Origin: a virus
Taxonomy: Duplodnaviria; Caudoviricetes
DNA: 64,000 bases
Reading direction: 5' to 3' (one strand)
Virus record (IMG/VR): IMGVR_UViG_3300010355_000898
Coordinates: 128,001 to 192,000 of that record
Of this stretch, positions 19,009 to 26,584 are shown piece by piece (the first letter of the stretch is position 1; every line of letters starts with the position of its first letter). The position numbers and the translations under genes are program-made. Below the pieces are notes generated by a model. The model had not been told where the DNA came from, did not search any database, and saw nothing but the letters and a program-made list of their open reading frames with translations.

Positions 19009-19304
19009 AAATTTGATGAATTTACATTCACAATGTGTTACAATCAGAATATAAGATGATATCATTACGTCATACTGTGCGAAACATGCAGAGAAGGATG
19101 GCTGCACAAAAACGTGGTGCAAGTGTGAACAATTTGGGATATATGATTGTTCTGAACAGAACAGGTGAAGCCAAATTGTTCATTAGAGAACAGCATAAAT
19201 TTTCAGAATTCACAAAATTGCCCTCATGGACAATGATAAACAATCGTTTTGTTGGAACGTGGTCATACTGCTATAAATGTTGGCTATCATGAATAGTTAA
19301 CAGT

Positions 19305-19808
19305 ATGAAAATTTCTCAAAAATTGTTGAGAATGCTGATTGAACAGATCATCATCGAGGATGCAGTGACAATGCAACTTGGCTTTTGGATCTCGCCAGAT
19401 GACGTTGTTCACAAATTGGTTGTCAATCAATTGCACAATGATGCTGCAGCCGAATTGTTGGGTTGGAATAGAAAGTACAAGAACAGTTTTGGTATACCAC
19501 TCTTCAGACACAAGGGAGGTCCTGAAGGATTGAATGCAGAGCAAACATATCTCGGTATGGGTGCAATCAAATTGCGCATATACAATGGTACGCTGTATGC
19601 AACAATGAGAACAGTCAACACCAAAAATCTTGACAAGATAATTGAATTCATGTCTGAAAGAAATTTCAATCCTGAGGGTGATATCATCATTGTCAAATCT
19701 GTTGATGCTGATGATGAAATGTACACAAGGATGAAAATATCACATTTTGTTGAATTGGCAGACAAACCAAAAAAGATTGAGAACATGATGGAACCATTCG
19801 TTGGTTGA
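19305..19808 (+). CDS. MKIS..LR..I.E leader protein (putative internal head protein)
   Basis: MKISQKLLRMLIEQII; ATAGTTA-N5-ATG. Confidence 0.75.
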   Translation: MKISQKLLRMLIEQIIIEDAVTMQLGFWISPDDVVHKLVVNQLHNDAAAELLGWNRKYKNSFGIPLFRHKGGPEGLNAEQTYLGMGAIKLRIYNGTLYATMRTVNTKNLDKIIEFMSERNFNPEGDIIIVKSVDADDEMYTRMKISHFVELADKPKKIENMMEPFVG

Positions 19809-19825
19809 TGTCAATATTTACTCAT

Positions 19826-20092
19826 ATGAAAAACAGATTTGTGATCACAGAAGCCAATCTCAGAAAGATCATCAGGAGTGTATTGAAAGAAACTGCTGAT
19901 GCGCAATTTGGTGCGCTCCAAGGATGGATTGACAGAGCTGAGGGTGAAAATTGGCAGGATGACAGATTGACAAATGTGATCATCAGTGCAATCAGGAATA
20001 ATCGTGGTCAGCGCAGGAATGAAATCAACAGCATGCTGAGTGCTGTCAAGAACAGTGAAATGAAGAAGCAATTGTCTTCTGCACTGAATTGA
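19826..20092 (+). CDS. leader-motif protein (putative internal head protein)
   Basis: ITEANLRKIIRSVLKE; ATATTTA-N5-ATG. Confidence 0.75.
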   Translation: MKNRFVITEANLRKIIRSVLKETADAQFGALQGWIDRAEGENWQDDRLTNVIISAIRNNRGQRRNEINSMLSAVKNSEMKKQLSSALN

Positions 20093-20145
20093 GTGATGAC
20101 TTTGCAGTGTACTGTGCACTGAGTGTGTGCTATAGTTAAAGGTCT

Positions 20146-20784
20146 ATGACCTATTATGCCATTGTGTTCAAGGCGATTGTTTTGTGGATGATGTCACTCA
20201 AGCCTTGCTACTCAGACACAGAAACATACTCTGAAAGACAGGAAAGAATTGAAATCATCGCTGAAGCTGTAATCAGCGCAGCAGAGTGGGGCACAACTGT
20301 GTGCAGAGATGGTTCAGGTGCAACAATTTTTGAAAAGGATTGCAAACCAATCTGGCCAGGTAAGCAGGAAGAACTGATTGCGCACCTTGTGAACATTGGA
20401 GCTTGGGAAAGTGCATTCTCTGAAAGGGTTCACAAAGGTGAATGCAACATCAAGAAGGGTGAGTGTGATGGTGGACTTGCAAAGGGTATTTGGCAGGTTC
20501 ATGCAGATCATCACCAATTCAAGAGCATATACTATGTGCAAGAACAGGAATGGATGGAAATGGATGGTGCTGATGCTGTGCACACATTGAATGCAGCAGT
20601 TGGTGCAGTGAAAAAATTGTCTGCATCAGCAAGAATGTGTGGAAAGAACATGGCTGCACAAGTGTACACAGCATATGCAACAGGAAAGTGCACTGCAAAA
20701 TTCAATCTTGCATATGACAGATCAAGATCATACAAGTACATTCTGCAACGTATCAATTCTGATCTGAGTGAACAGATGAACTAA
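20146..20784 (+). CDS. secreted lytic transglycosylase/lysozyme-like protein
   Basis: signal-like N-terminus; WESAF catalytic Glu; GLAKGIWQV; AYATG. Confidence 0.7.
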   Translation: MTYYAIVFKAIVLWMMSLKPCYSDTETYSERQERIEIIAEAVISAAEWGTTVCRDGSGATIFEKDCKPIWPGKQEELIAHLVNIGAWESAFSERVHKGECNIKKGECDGGLAKGIWQVHADHHQFKSIYYVQEQEWMEMDGADAVHTLNAAVGAVKKLSASARMCGKNMAAQVYTAYATGKCTAKFNLAYDRSRSYKYILQRINSDLSEQMN

Positions 20785-20892
20785 AAATATGTACAAATTG
20801 GTAATCATGAATAGGCAATGTGAAATTGATAGAATTGTTCAGTTCACAACGTTTAAACAATTGACAAAATTTTTCAACAAATTTGGCATAAA

Positions 20893-21741
20893 ATGAAAAC
20901 AGTACAGAATGTTAAGATTGGTGCAGACAACATTGCGTGGATTACAGATCCACACATAAATTTCATTTGCAATGTCAATGGTTCTGTTAAACAATTGGGC
21001 AGTTATCTTCAACAAGAGCTCAATTGTGATACACTCGTCATAACTGGTGATATTTCAGAAGGAAACAGAATCATTGCAGATGTTACAGAATTGCACAATG
21101 GGTGGGTGTCAAAGGGTGGCAAGAATACATTTTTTGTCACAGGTAACCATGACTATTACAGGAGTTCATGGAATAAATTGGACAGTGATCTGGCATTCTT
21201 GAATGGCACCATTGGGGGTCCTGTTTGTCTCAATGGTTGCAATGTCATAATTGATGACAAGACTGCAATTGTTGGGAACAGTGGATGGTATGATGCTGAT
21301 TGTGGAAATCCATACAAACTTGGAATGTCAGATTGGTCACTTGTTGAAGAGTATGCGCAGACAGGTGGTGTAAAAGATCTGATCATTGAAACATCAAGAG
21401 CGCATGCAAACGTTCAGAATGTGCAACTGATCACAAGGGTTCAGGAACTGTACAATACAGGTATCAGAAAGATCACATTGTTGACACATGTTCCACCATG
21501 GCGTGAGGCTGCTTGGCATATGAACAGTCATAGTGATGACACTTGGGCGCCCTGGATGACAAATCTTCAATTGGGAAGAATGCTGTGTGCTGTTGTTGAT
21601 CAATTACCAGAACTGAATGTACAAGTTCTCTGTGGACATACACACAGCTCAGGAAGATGTCAACCTCATCCAAGAATTGTTTGTCTCACAGGACGAGCTG
21701 ATTATGGAAATGTTGTCATGAGTGGTTTTGTGTCATTGTGA
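20893..21741 (+). CDS. calcineurin-like metallophosphoesterase
   Basis: TDPH, TGD, GNHD, THVPP, GHTH motifs. Confidence 0.9.
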   Translation: MKTVQNVKIGADNIAWITDPHINFICNVNGSVKQLGSYLQQELNCDTLVITGDISEGNRIIADVTELHNGWVSKGGKNTFFVTGNHDYYRSSWNKLDSDLAFLNGTIGGPVCLNGCNVIIDDKTAIVGNSGWYDADCGNPYKLGMSDWSLVEEYAQTGGVKDLIIETSRAHANVQNVQLITRVQELYNTGIRKITLLTHVPPWREAAWHMNSHSDDTWAPWMTNLQLGRMLCAVVDQLPELNVQVLCGHTHSSGRCQPHPRIVCLTGRADYGNVVMSGFVSL

Positions 21742-21752
21742 TATTTAGTGTC

Positions 21753-21989
21753 ATGAAAATCAAAATATCACAACTTAAACAGATCATCAAAGAAGAGATG
21801 AATGTATCATTTAATGATGATAATCAATTTATTGCTGATCTTGAAGAGTTGTTTGAAATTTATGATGAATATTGGTATGAACGTGCGGAAAATATGCGCG
21901 ATGAAGATTCATACAGGGATATCAGCGATTTTCAGAATAAATTTGAGGCATTCAAAAGACGCTTTATAGAAAAGTATGGGCAAAAATGA
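21753..21989 (+). CDS. leader-motif protein
   Basis: MKIKISQLKQIIKEE; ATATTTA-N5-ATG. Confidence 0.75.
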   Translation: MKIKISQLKQIIKEEMNVSFNDDNQFIADLEELFEIYDEYWYERAENMRDEDSYRDISDFQNKFEAFKRRFIEKYGQK

Positions 21990-22759
21990 AACTTTCAGCA
22001 AAACAATTGAGAACATTGATTAGAGAAGCTCTTGAACCAAAAACTCAAGGTGTACTAAAAAGTTACAATCAATTGATTGGTGAAGACATCATCTATTCAA
22101 AAATACTTGATGGTAAGAATTTTTTCAAAATCAATATTCTCAATCCAAAAGATCAATCAAACATAAATCTTTATGACAATAAATGTATTCTCATTCCCGG
22201 TGGTGTTGTTCTGAAACCAAAAGAATATATCACAAATGGTTACGTTGCAGATGTTTACAATTTGGATGGAACAAGAACACATTCTAAATTGTCAGTGTCT
22301 GGTGATGATATGAAAACATTGATCAGCGCGCTGAATGGTGAGTTCTATTATCTGAAAAAATCTTGGCTTCAGCGTGGCGCAAATTTTCATGAGGCGTTTA
22401 ATCATAAATCATCATATGTTTTCGATTCAATTCGAGAGCGTGAAGATGGCACACCATGGGCAGAAGTGAAAATTGTTTATGATGACAATGATGGACCACC
22501 ACATTTTGAAGTGCTCATTGATTACATAGAGGAAGACGAATCCGCTGACGATAAAATGAATGCACGTGGTGAGATTACTTGGGATAGAGATTTGAAAACA
22601 GGCTCACCAGGTGAAAGGTCTAAAACAGGTAATCTCATAATTCCAATTAAAATGTACACAAATACAGGTGTTATTGATGATGAATTTGAACTCAGCGATG
22701 AAGAACAACGTTGGGTTATGAACACAGTTGGTAGTGAATTGGGAATTTTTGGTGGCTAA
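21986..22759 (+). CDS. leader-motif protein
   Basis: MKLSAKQLRTLIREAL; ATGA coupling. Confidence 0.75.
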   Translation: MKLSAKQLRTLIREALEPKTQGVLKSYNQLIGEDIIYSKILDGKNFFKINILNPKDQSNINLYDNKCILIPGGVVLKPKEYITNGYVADVYNLDGTRTHSKLSVSGDDMKTLISALNGEFYYLKKSWLQRGANFHEAFNHKSSYVFDSIREREDGTPWAEVKIVYDDNDGPPHFEVLIDYIEEDESADDKMNARGEITWDRDLKTGSPGERSKTGNLIIPIKMYTNTGVIDDEFELSDEEQRWVMNTVGSELGIFGG

Positions 22760-23092
22760 TTTTCTGATTTTTCACCATTTTGATCAAATTGATCAAAAAA
22801 GTTCGTGTGTGAATTTTTCTGTGAATATTGCAAATCAGTATGGTAAATTGGTCATATCAAGTGGTTAAACAGACCAAAAACAAGATTTGTTGCAAAAAAT
22901 TCACAAAAATAGTGATAAAGCTCTCAAGATAGAATAGATTACTAATATGGCAATTGAACATGTCAAATATCAATCATCAAAGTTCCACAATCAGATTGCG
23001 GGCTTGGCACTTGATAGCATAACATGGAATATGAGACCTGAATATGGGAGTGGTCAGCGGTAGACCAGAGAGTGAACACAGAGAGTTCCTGA

Positions 23093-23133
23093 AGAAGCCG
23101 CAACTGAGATGATGTTAGCGGCTTCAACTGTTT
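23093..23133 (+). terminator. hairpin plus T-tract after a short leader ORF
   Basis: gaagccgc...gcggcttc then aactgtttt. Confidence 0.55.
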
Positions 23134-23167
23134 TGGAGAAAAGAAAATAGCAAAAGAGAAAAAAGTT

Positions 23168-23196
23168 GTGAAAAGGATGTGATGATAGGATAGAAT
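23168..23196 (+). promoter_or_regulatory. promoter of the tRNA array
   Basis: GTGAAA-N17-TAGAAT. Confidence 0.75.
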
Positions 23197-23228
23197 GGTT
23201 GAGTTGGTTCGGTAAACAGGTTGAATAA

Positions 23229-23303
23229 CGATCACAGGTGTTATCTGGCAGCATACCCGGCTCTTAACCGGTGAGGTCGTGGGTTCAAATCCCCGGTGAT
23301 CGA
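23229..23303 (+). tRNA. tRNA-Lys(CTT)
   Basis: cgatcac/gtgatcg; ct CTT aa. Confidence 0.88.
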
Positions 23304-23312
23304 CTGAGATTT

Positions 23313-23386
23313 TGGAAATTAGCACAATGGTAGTGCGGCTCGCTCTGAACGAGTTGATGGGAGTTCGATCCTCTCATTTCCAACCA
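23313..23386 (+). tRNA. tRNA-Gln(CTG)
   Basis: ct CTG aa; CCA. Confidence 0.92.
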
Positions 23387-23413
23387 AGACAATGAGCAGT
23401 GACAGTGCTCTGA

Positions 23414-23425
23414 GTTCTTTGACAA
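23414..23425 (+). promoter_or_regulatory. boxA-like antitermination site
   Basis: GTTCTTTGACAA. Confidence 0.6.
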
Positions 23426-23440
23426 TTGAATAGCAATATT

Positions 23441-23514
23441 GCGTCTATGGTATAATAGCATTATGCAGGCCTTCCAAGCCTTGCGATCTGGGTGCAACTC
23501 CCAGTGGACGCTCC
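23441..23514 (+). tRNA. tRNA-Gly(TCC)
   Basis: ct TCC aa; U73. Confidence 0.9.
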
Positions 23515-23562
23515 GGGGTTTGTTTATGGTGCTTCCCAACAAAAAAATGTGAACCGTACAAT

Positions 23563-23638
23563 GCCCATTTAGCTCAGCAGGTAGAGCAGTAGTTTTGTAA
23601 ACTACCGGTCACTGGTTCAATTCCGGTAATGGGCTCCA
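23563..23638 (+). tRNA. tRNA-Thr(TGT)
   Basis: tt TGT aa; CCA. Confidence 0.95.
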
Positions 23639-23639
23639 C

Positions 23640-23725
23640 AGCGGGGATGTAGTGAAAAGGTGTCACATTAGGCTCATAACCTAATCCTAACGGCGCGAAA
23701 GGTTCAATTCCTTCCCCCGCTACCA
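23640..23725 (+). tRNA. tRNA-Met(CAT), atypical long form
   Basis: agcgggg/ccccgct; ct CAT aa; 12-nt variable region. Confidence 0.8.
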
Positions 23726-23728
23726 AAT

Positions 23729-23803
23729 GGTCGCATCGTCTATTGGCTAGGACATCTGCTTCTCAAGCAGGCAAGCTCAGTTCAACTCTGAGTGCGATCA
23801 CCA
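23729..23803 (+). tRNA. tRNA-Glu(CTC)
   Basis: tt CTC aa; CCA. Confidence 0.92.
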
Positions 23804-23804
23804 T

Positions 23805-23891
23805 GGAGTCAGATCATCTGGAAGGTACCAGAAGCGGTCTGTAAAACCGTTGTCTCTGTGCGGAGTGGTTCAAATCCACCTGGCTCCACCA
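23805..23891 (+). tRNA. tRNA-Tyr(GTA)
   Basis: ct GTA aa; long variable arm; CCA. Confidence 0.85.
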
Positions 23892-23949
23892 AATAAACCT
23901 GCAGTGTTCTGGGGATATCTGCCCATCAAAGAATTGTGTAGGTTTGAAT

Positions 23950-24021
23950 GGGGATGTGTGAAAGATCACTGATGAGTTTTGCATACTTGTCATGCGGGAG
24001 CGTTACCCGACATCTCCACCA
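23950..24021 (+). tRNA. tRNA-Ala(TGC), atypical
   Basis: G3:U70; tt TGC at; T-loop AGCGTTA; CCA. Confidence 0.75.
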
Positions 24022-24037
24022 ATTCATTATTGAATAT

Positions 24038-24121
24038 TGCCAAGTACCCGAGTGGAAGCAGGGGCCCGGCTGTTAACCGGATTGCGAAAGCACGCCGTGG
24101 GTTCGAATCCTACCTTGGCAG
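24038..24121 (+). tRNA. tRNA-Asn(GTT) with long variable arm
   Basis: ct GTT aa; V-arm tgc-gaaa-gca; G73. Confidence 0.88.
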
Positions 24122-24169
24122 CCCAGGAGTTTTTTCAGGTTCTCCAAGAATAAAAAAACCTGAAGGTAC

Positions 24170-24249
24170 CCACTCGTGGTGGAATAGCAGACACGCTGGT
24201 CTCAGAAGCCAGTACCCTGAGTGTGAGAGTGCAAGTCTCTCCGAGTGGA
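24170..24249 (+). tRNA. tRNA-Leu(CAG)
   Basis: ct CAG aa; A73. Confidence 0.88.
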
Positions 24250-24251
24250 CT

Positions 24252-24325
24252 GTGGTCATAGTGTAAAGGTTTGCACGCGAGGCTGTGATCCTCTCAGTAC
24301 GGGTTCGAATCCCGTTGATCACCCA
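24252..24325 (+). tRNA. tRNA-His(GTG)
   Basis: ct GTG at; C73. Confidence 0.92.
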
Positions 24326-24332
24326 AATCTAT

Positions 24333-24407
24333 TGGACGTTGGCGCAGAGGTAGCGCAGTGCTCCTACAAAGCGAAGGTCGTCAGTTCGATCCTGACACGT
24401 CCAACCA
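24333..24407 (+). tRNA. tRNA-Val(TAC)
   Basis: loop cc TAC aa (C33); CCA. Confidence 0.82.
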
Positions 24408-24409
24408 AT

Positions 24410-24483
24410 CTCCCAATGGCGCAGTTGGATAGCGCATACGTTTCCTAAACGTGAGGTCGCAGGTTCGAATCCTGCTTGGGAGG
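24410..24483 (+). tRNA. tRNA-Arg(CCT)
   Basis: tt CCT aa. Confidence 0.95.
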
Positions 24484-24498
24484 CCGAAGAAAGTTTAT

Positions 24499-24572
24499 GC
24501 CCCCGTGGCGCAATGGATTAGCGCGAGTGGCTTCTATCCACAAGGTTGTAGGTTCGAATCCTACCGGGGGTA
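24499..24572 (+). tRNA. tRNA-Arg(TCT)
   Basis: ct TCT at. Confidence 0.93.
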
Positions 24573-24691
24573 CTGTGCCAGTTCAACTGGATGATTTCTG
24601 AGGGTAGCTAATGTCAGAAAGAGAATGAAAAATAACGCTGCCAAAACGGGCAACAGCGTTAATGTATGAAAATATGTTAGACTGAAGATAT

Positions 24692-24763
24692 CTGGATGTA
24701 AGTCAGCGGCAGACATCCTCGCCTGGAACGAGGGAGCCGGGGGTTCGAGTCCCTCCATCCAGA
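24692..24763 (+). tRNA. tRNA-Pro(TGG)
   Basis: C1:G72; loop cc TGG aa (C33). Confidence 0.85.
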
Positions 24764-24768
24764 CAAAT

Positions 24769-24842
24769 ATCCCGGTAGCACAACTGGACTGTGTATTCAG
24801 CTACGAACTGAAAGGTTGGGGGTTCGAATCCCTCTCGGGATG
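24769..24842 (+). tRNA. tRNA-Arg(ACG)
   Basis: ct ACG aa. Confidence 0.92.
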
Positions 24843-24885
24843 CCGAGAGTTTGAATGTTCTTCCAAAAATAAAAACATTCACAAT

Positions 24886-24970
24886 CCACACATGATGGAA
24901 AGGCAGACATGCAAGTTTGAGAGACTTGTGCCCTTGTGGTGTGCAGGTTCAAGTCCTGCTGTGTGGACCA
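24886..24970 (+). tRNA. tRNA-Leu(GAG)
   Basis: tt GAG ag; V-arm; CCA. Confidence 0.92.
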
Positions 24971-24983
24971 ATACTTAACAGTT

Positions 24984-25100
24984 ATGTATGGTGCATTTCC
25001 AAGCTTAATTGTTAATATTGCTGTTGGTTGTTTTGCAGTTTTCAGTCTGCTCATTGTTTTGGGAGCATATGCTCTCTACAAGAGTGGAAAAAAGAAGTGA
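24984..25100 (+). CDS. 38-aa single-TM peptide MYGAFPSLIVNIAVGCFAVFSLLIVLGAYALYKSGKKK
   Basis: ATACTTA-N6-ATG motif; hydrophobic core with basic tail. Confidence 0.65.
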   Translation: MYGAFPSLIVNIAVGCFAVFSLLIVLGAYALYKSGKKK

Positions 25101-25133
25101 ACATTATCCAATAGAAGATTAGAATGGAAACAT

Positions 25134-25207
25134 CGGAGTGTACCTCAATTTGGTAGAGGGCCTGCTTTGGGAGCAGAACGTTGTAGGTTCAAATCCTATC
25201 ACTCCGA
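25134..25207 (+). tRNA. tRNA-Pro(TGG)
   Basis: cggagtg/cactccg; tt TGG ga. Confidence 0.93.
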
Positions 25208-25216
25208 CAAATTAAT

Positions 25217-25291
25217 GCTCTCGTACTCATCTGGTGAGGAGGCCGGCTTGTCACGCCGAGGAGGAGGGTTCGATCCCCTTCGAGAGCGCCA
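25217..25291 (+). tRNA. tRNA-Asp(GTC)
   Basis: tt GTC ac; G73; CCA. Confidence 0.9.
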
Positions 25292-25292
25292 A

Positions 25293-25448
25293 GCCGGTCA
25301 TTTGGGTTCGAGTCCCAATGCAATTTAGTCAGGCCAGTTGAAAGTTTCATGATATAGTTGGACACTCATCATGAAATGAGTAACTGAGAGTGGTCTACCT
25401 CAATAGTCCAACATTGAGTTTGTATCATCTAATTGGCAGGATACCGGC
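25293..25448 (+). ncRNA. circularly permuted tRNA-like RNA 1 with structured insert
   Basis: T-arm precedes D-arm; ends pair gccggt/accggc. Confidence 0.7.
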
Positions 25449-25457
25449 AGTTATTTT

Positions 25458-25536
25458 GGGTCTAATGATGGTTCTGTATGCAATTGAACCCACAAATGGA
25501 AATTGTATACGTTGGGTTCAATTCCCAATAGATCCA
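25458..25536 (+). ncRNA. mini tmRNA-TLD-like RNA
   Basis: acceptor G3:U70 and A73; no D-stem; 10-bp helix; canonical T-arm. Confidence 0.6.
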
Positions 25537-25545
25537 CTAAATAAT

Positions 25546-25621
25546 GGGTTGTTAGCTGATATGGTTATAGCATGCGCCTGAAGAGCGCGGGAATTCAGTT
25601 CGATTCTGAAACAACTCACCA
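25546..25621 (+). tRNA. tRNA-Phe(GAA)
   Basis: ct GAA ga; CCA. Confidence 0.92.
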
Positions 25622-25660
25622 GAGGTTGAGTGGTGTGCCTCTAAGAAAGCACCACACCAA

Positions 25661-25737
25661 CGAAGTCGACAGGCAAGGTCGCCGAAGAATCCTGATAAGA
25701 TTCTGTATGCTGGGTTCGATTCCCAGGACTTCGACCA
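25661..25737 (+). tRNA. tRNA-Ile(GAT)
   Basis: ct GAT aa; CCA. Confidence 0.85.
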
Positions 25738-25837
25738 ATGTGCATGATATCGCGGAGATATCATATTCAGAGTGTTAAAGATCTGAATACCGAATATCAA
25801 ACCTGATCAGTTTATACGGTGCCACTTTAACAGCTAT

Positions 25838-25911
25838 GTCTCATTAGTGTAATGGTAGCACGATGGTTTCCAAGTCCATCTGTCAGGGTTCAAATCCTTG
25901 GTGAGATGCCA
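25838..25911 (+). tRNA. tRNA-Trp(CCA)
   Basis: tt CCA ag; G73; U31:U39 mismatch. Confidence 0.85.
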
Positions 25912-26021
25912 AGTAGACGGTTGTAGCGTTCAACGATTAGTGTCTACTCTGAGTGTAGGTGTGACAGCAGGCCCGCTCAGCGCAAGTAACGCAATGAATT
26001 GTGAAACACTGTTGTCACCAT

Positions 26022-26096
26022 GCGTCAATAACTCAATGGTAGAGTAGCGGGCTTTTAACCCGTTAGTTGAGAGTTCAAGTCTCTCTTGACGCACCA
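26022..26096 (+). tRNA. tRNA-Lys(TTT)
   Basis: ct TTT aa; CCA. Confidence 0.95.
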
Positions 26097-26098
26097 AT

Positions 26099-26173
26099 AT
26101 GCCTGTGGTGAAATGGGATCATATCCGGTTTTTAACCGGTAAGTTGGGGGTTCAAATCCCTTCAGGCGTACCA
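26099..26173 (+). tRNA. tRNA-Lys(TTT)
   Basis: tt TTT aa; CCA. Confidence 0.87.
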
Positions 26174-26175
26174 TC

Positions 26176-26250
26176 GGGAGTGTAGGACCGGTCGACCTAG
26201 GATGTCTTATAAACATCCGTAGCTCAGTTCAACTCTGAGCACTCCCACCA
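26176..26250 (+). tRNA. tRNA-Ile(TAT)
   Basis: gatgt-ct TAT aa-acatc; A73; CCA. Confidence 0.82.
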
Positions 26251-26255
26251 ACAAT

Positions 26256-26339
26256 GCTCACATGGCGGAATGGCAGACGCGGCTGACTCAAAATCAGCTA
26301 CCGAAAGGTGTGGGGGTTCAAGTCCCTCTGTGAGCACCA
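26256..26339 (+). tRNA. tRNA-Leu(CAA)
   Basis: ct CAA aa; V-arm; CCA. Confidence 0.95.
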
Positions 26340-26340
26340 T

Positions 26341-26415
26341 GTTCCACAGCTCTGCGATGAGTAATTGCGTCTGCAAAACGTTGGTGGGTCAGTTCAATTC
26401 TGACGTGGAACTCCA
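26341..26415 (+). tRNA. tRNA-Cys(GCA)
   Basis: ct GCA aa; U73; CCA; atypical D-arm. Confidence 0.8.
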
Positions 26416-26420
26416 AATTT

Positions 26421-26496
26421 GCCCATGTAGTTCAATTGGCAGAACACATGTCTCGTAAACATGAAGTTAACAGTTCAATTCTGTTCTTGGGCTCCA
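26421..26496 (+). tRNA. tRNA-Thr(CGT)
   Basis: ct CGT aa; CCA. Confidence 0.92.
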
Positions 26497-26507
26497 ACAA
26501 AATTAAT

Positions 26508-26583
26508 GGCTCTGTCATCTAACGGCTTAGGATGTTAGACTTTCTATCTGATCATACGGGTTCAAATCCCGTCAGAGTCACCA
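26508..26583 (+). tRNA. tRNA-Glu(TTC)
   Basis: ct TTC ta; CCA. Confidence 0.92.
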
Positions 26584-26584
26584 T

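Noticed and set aside
24333-24407. Amber suppressor (CTA) reading of this tRNA
   Set aside because: Stem register gct/agc centres TAC in the 7-nt loop
25838-25911. UGA-reading 4-bp-stem tRNA-Trp
   Set aside because: The mismatch is at 31:39, not the top pair as in the described readthrough tRNAs; TGA is a common stop here
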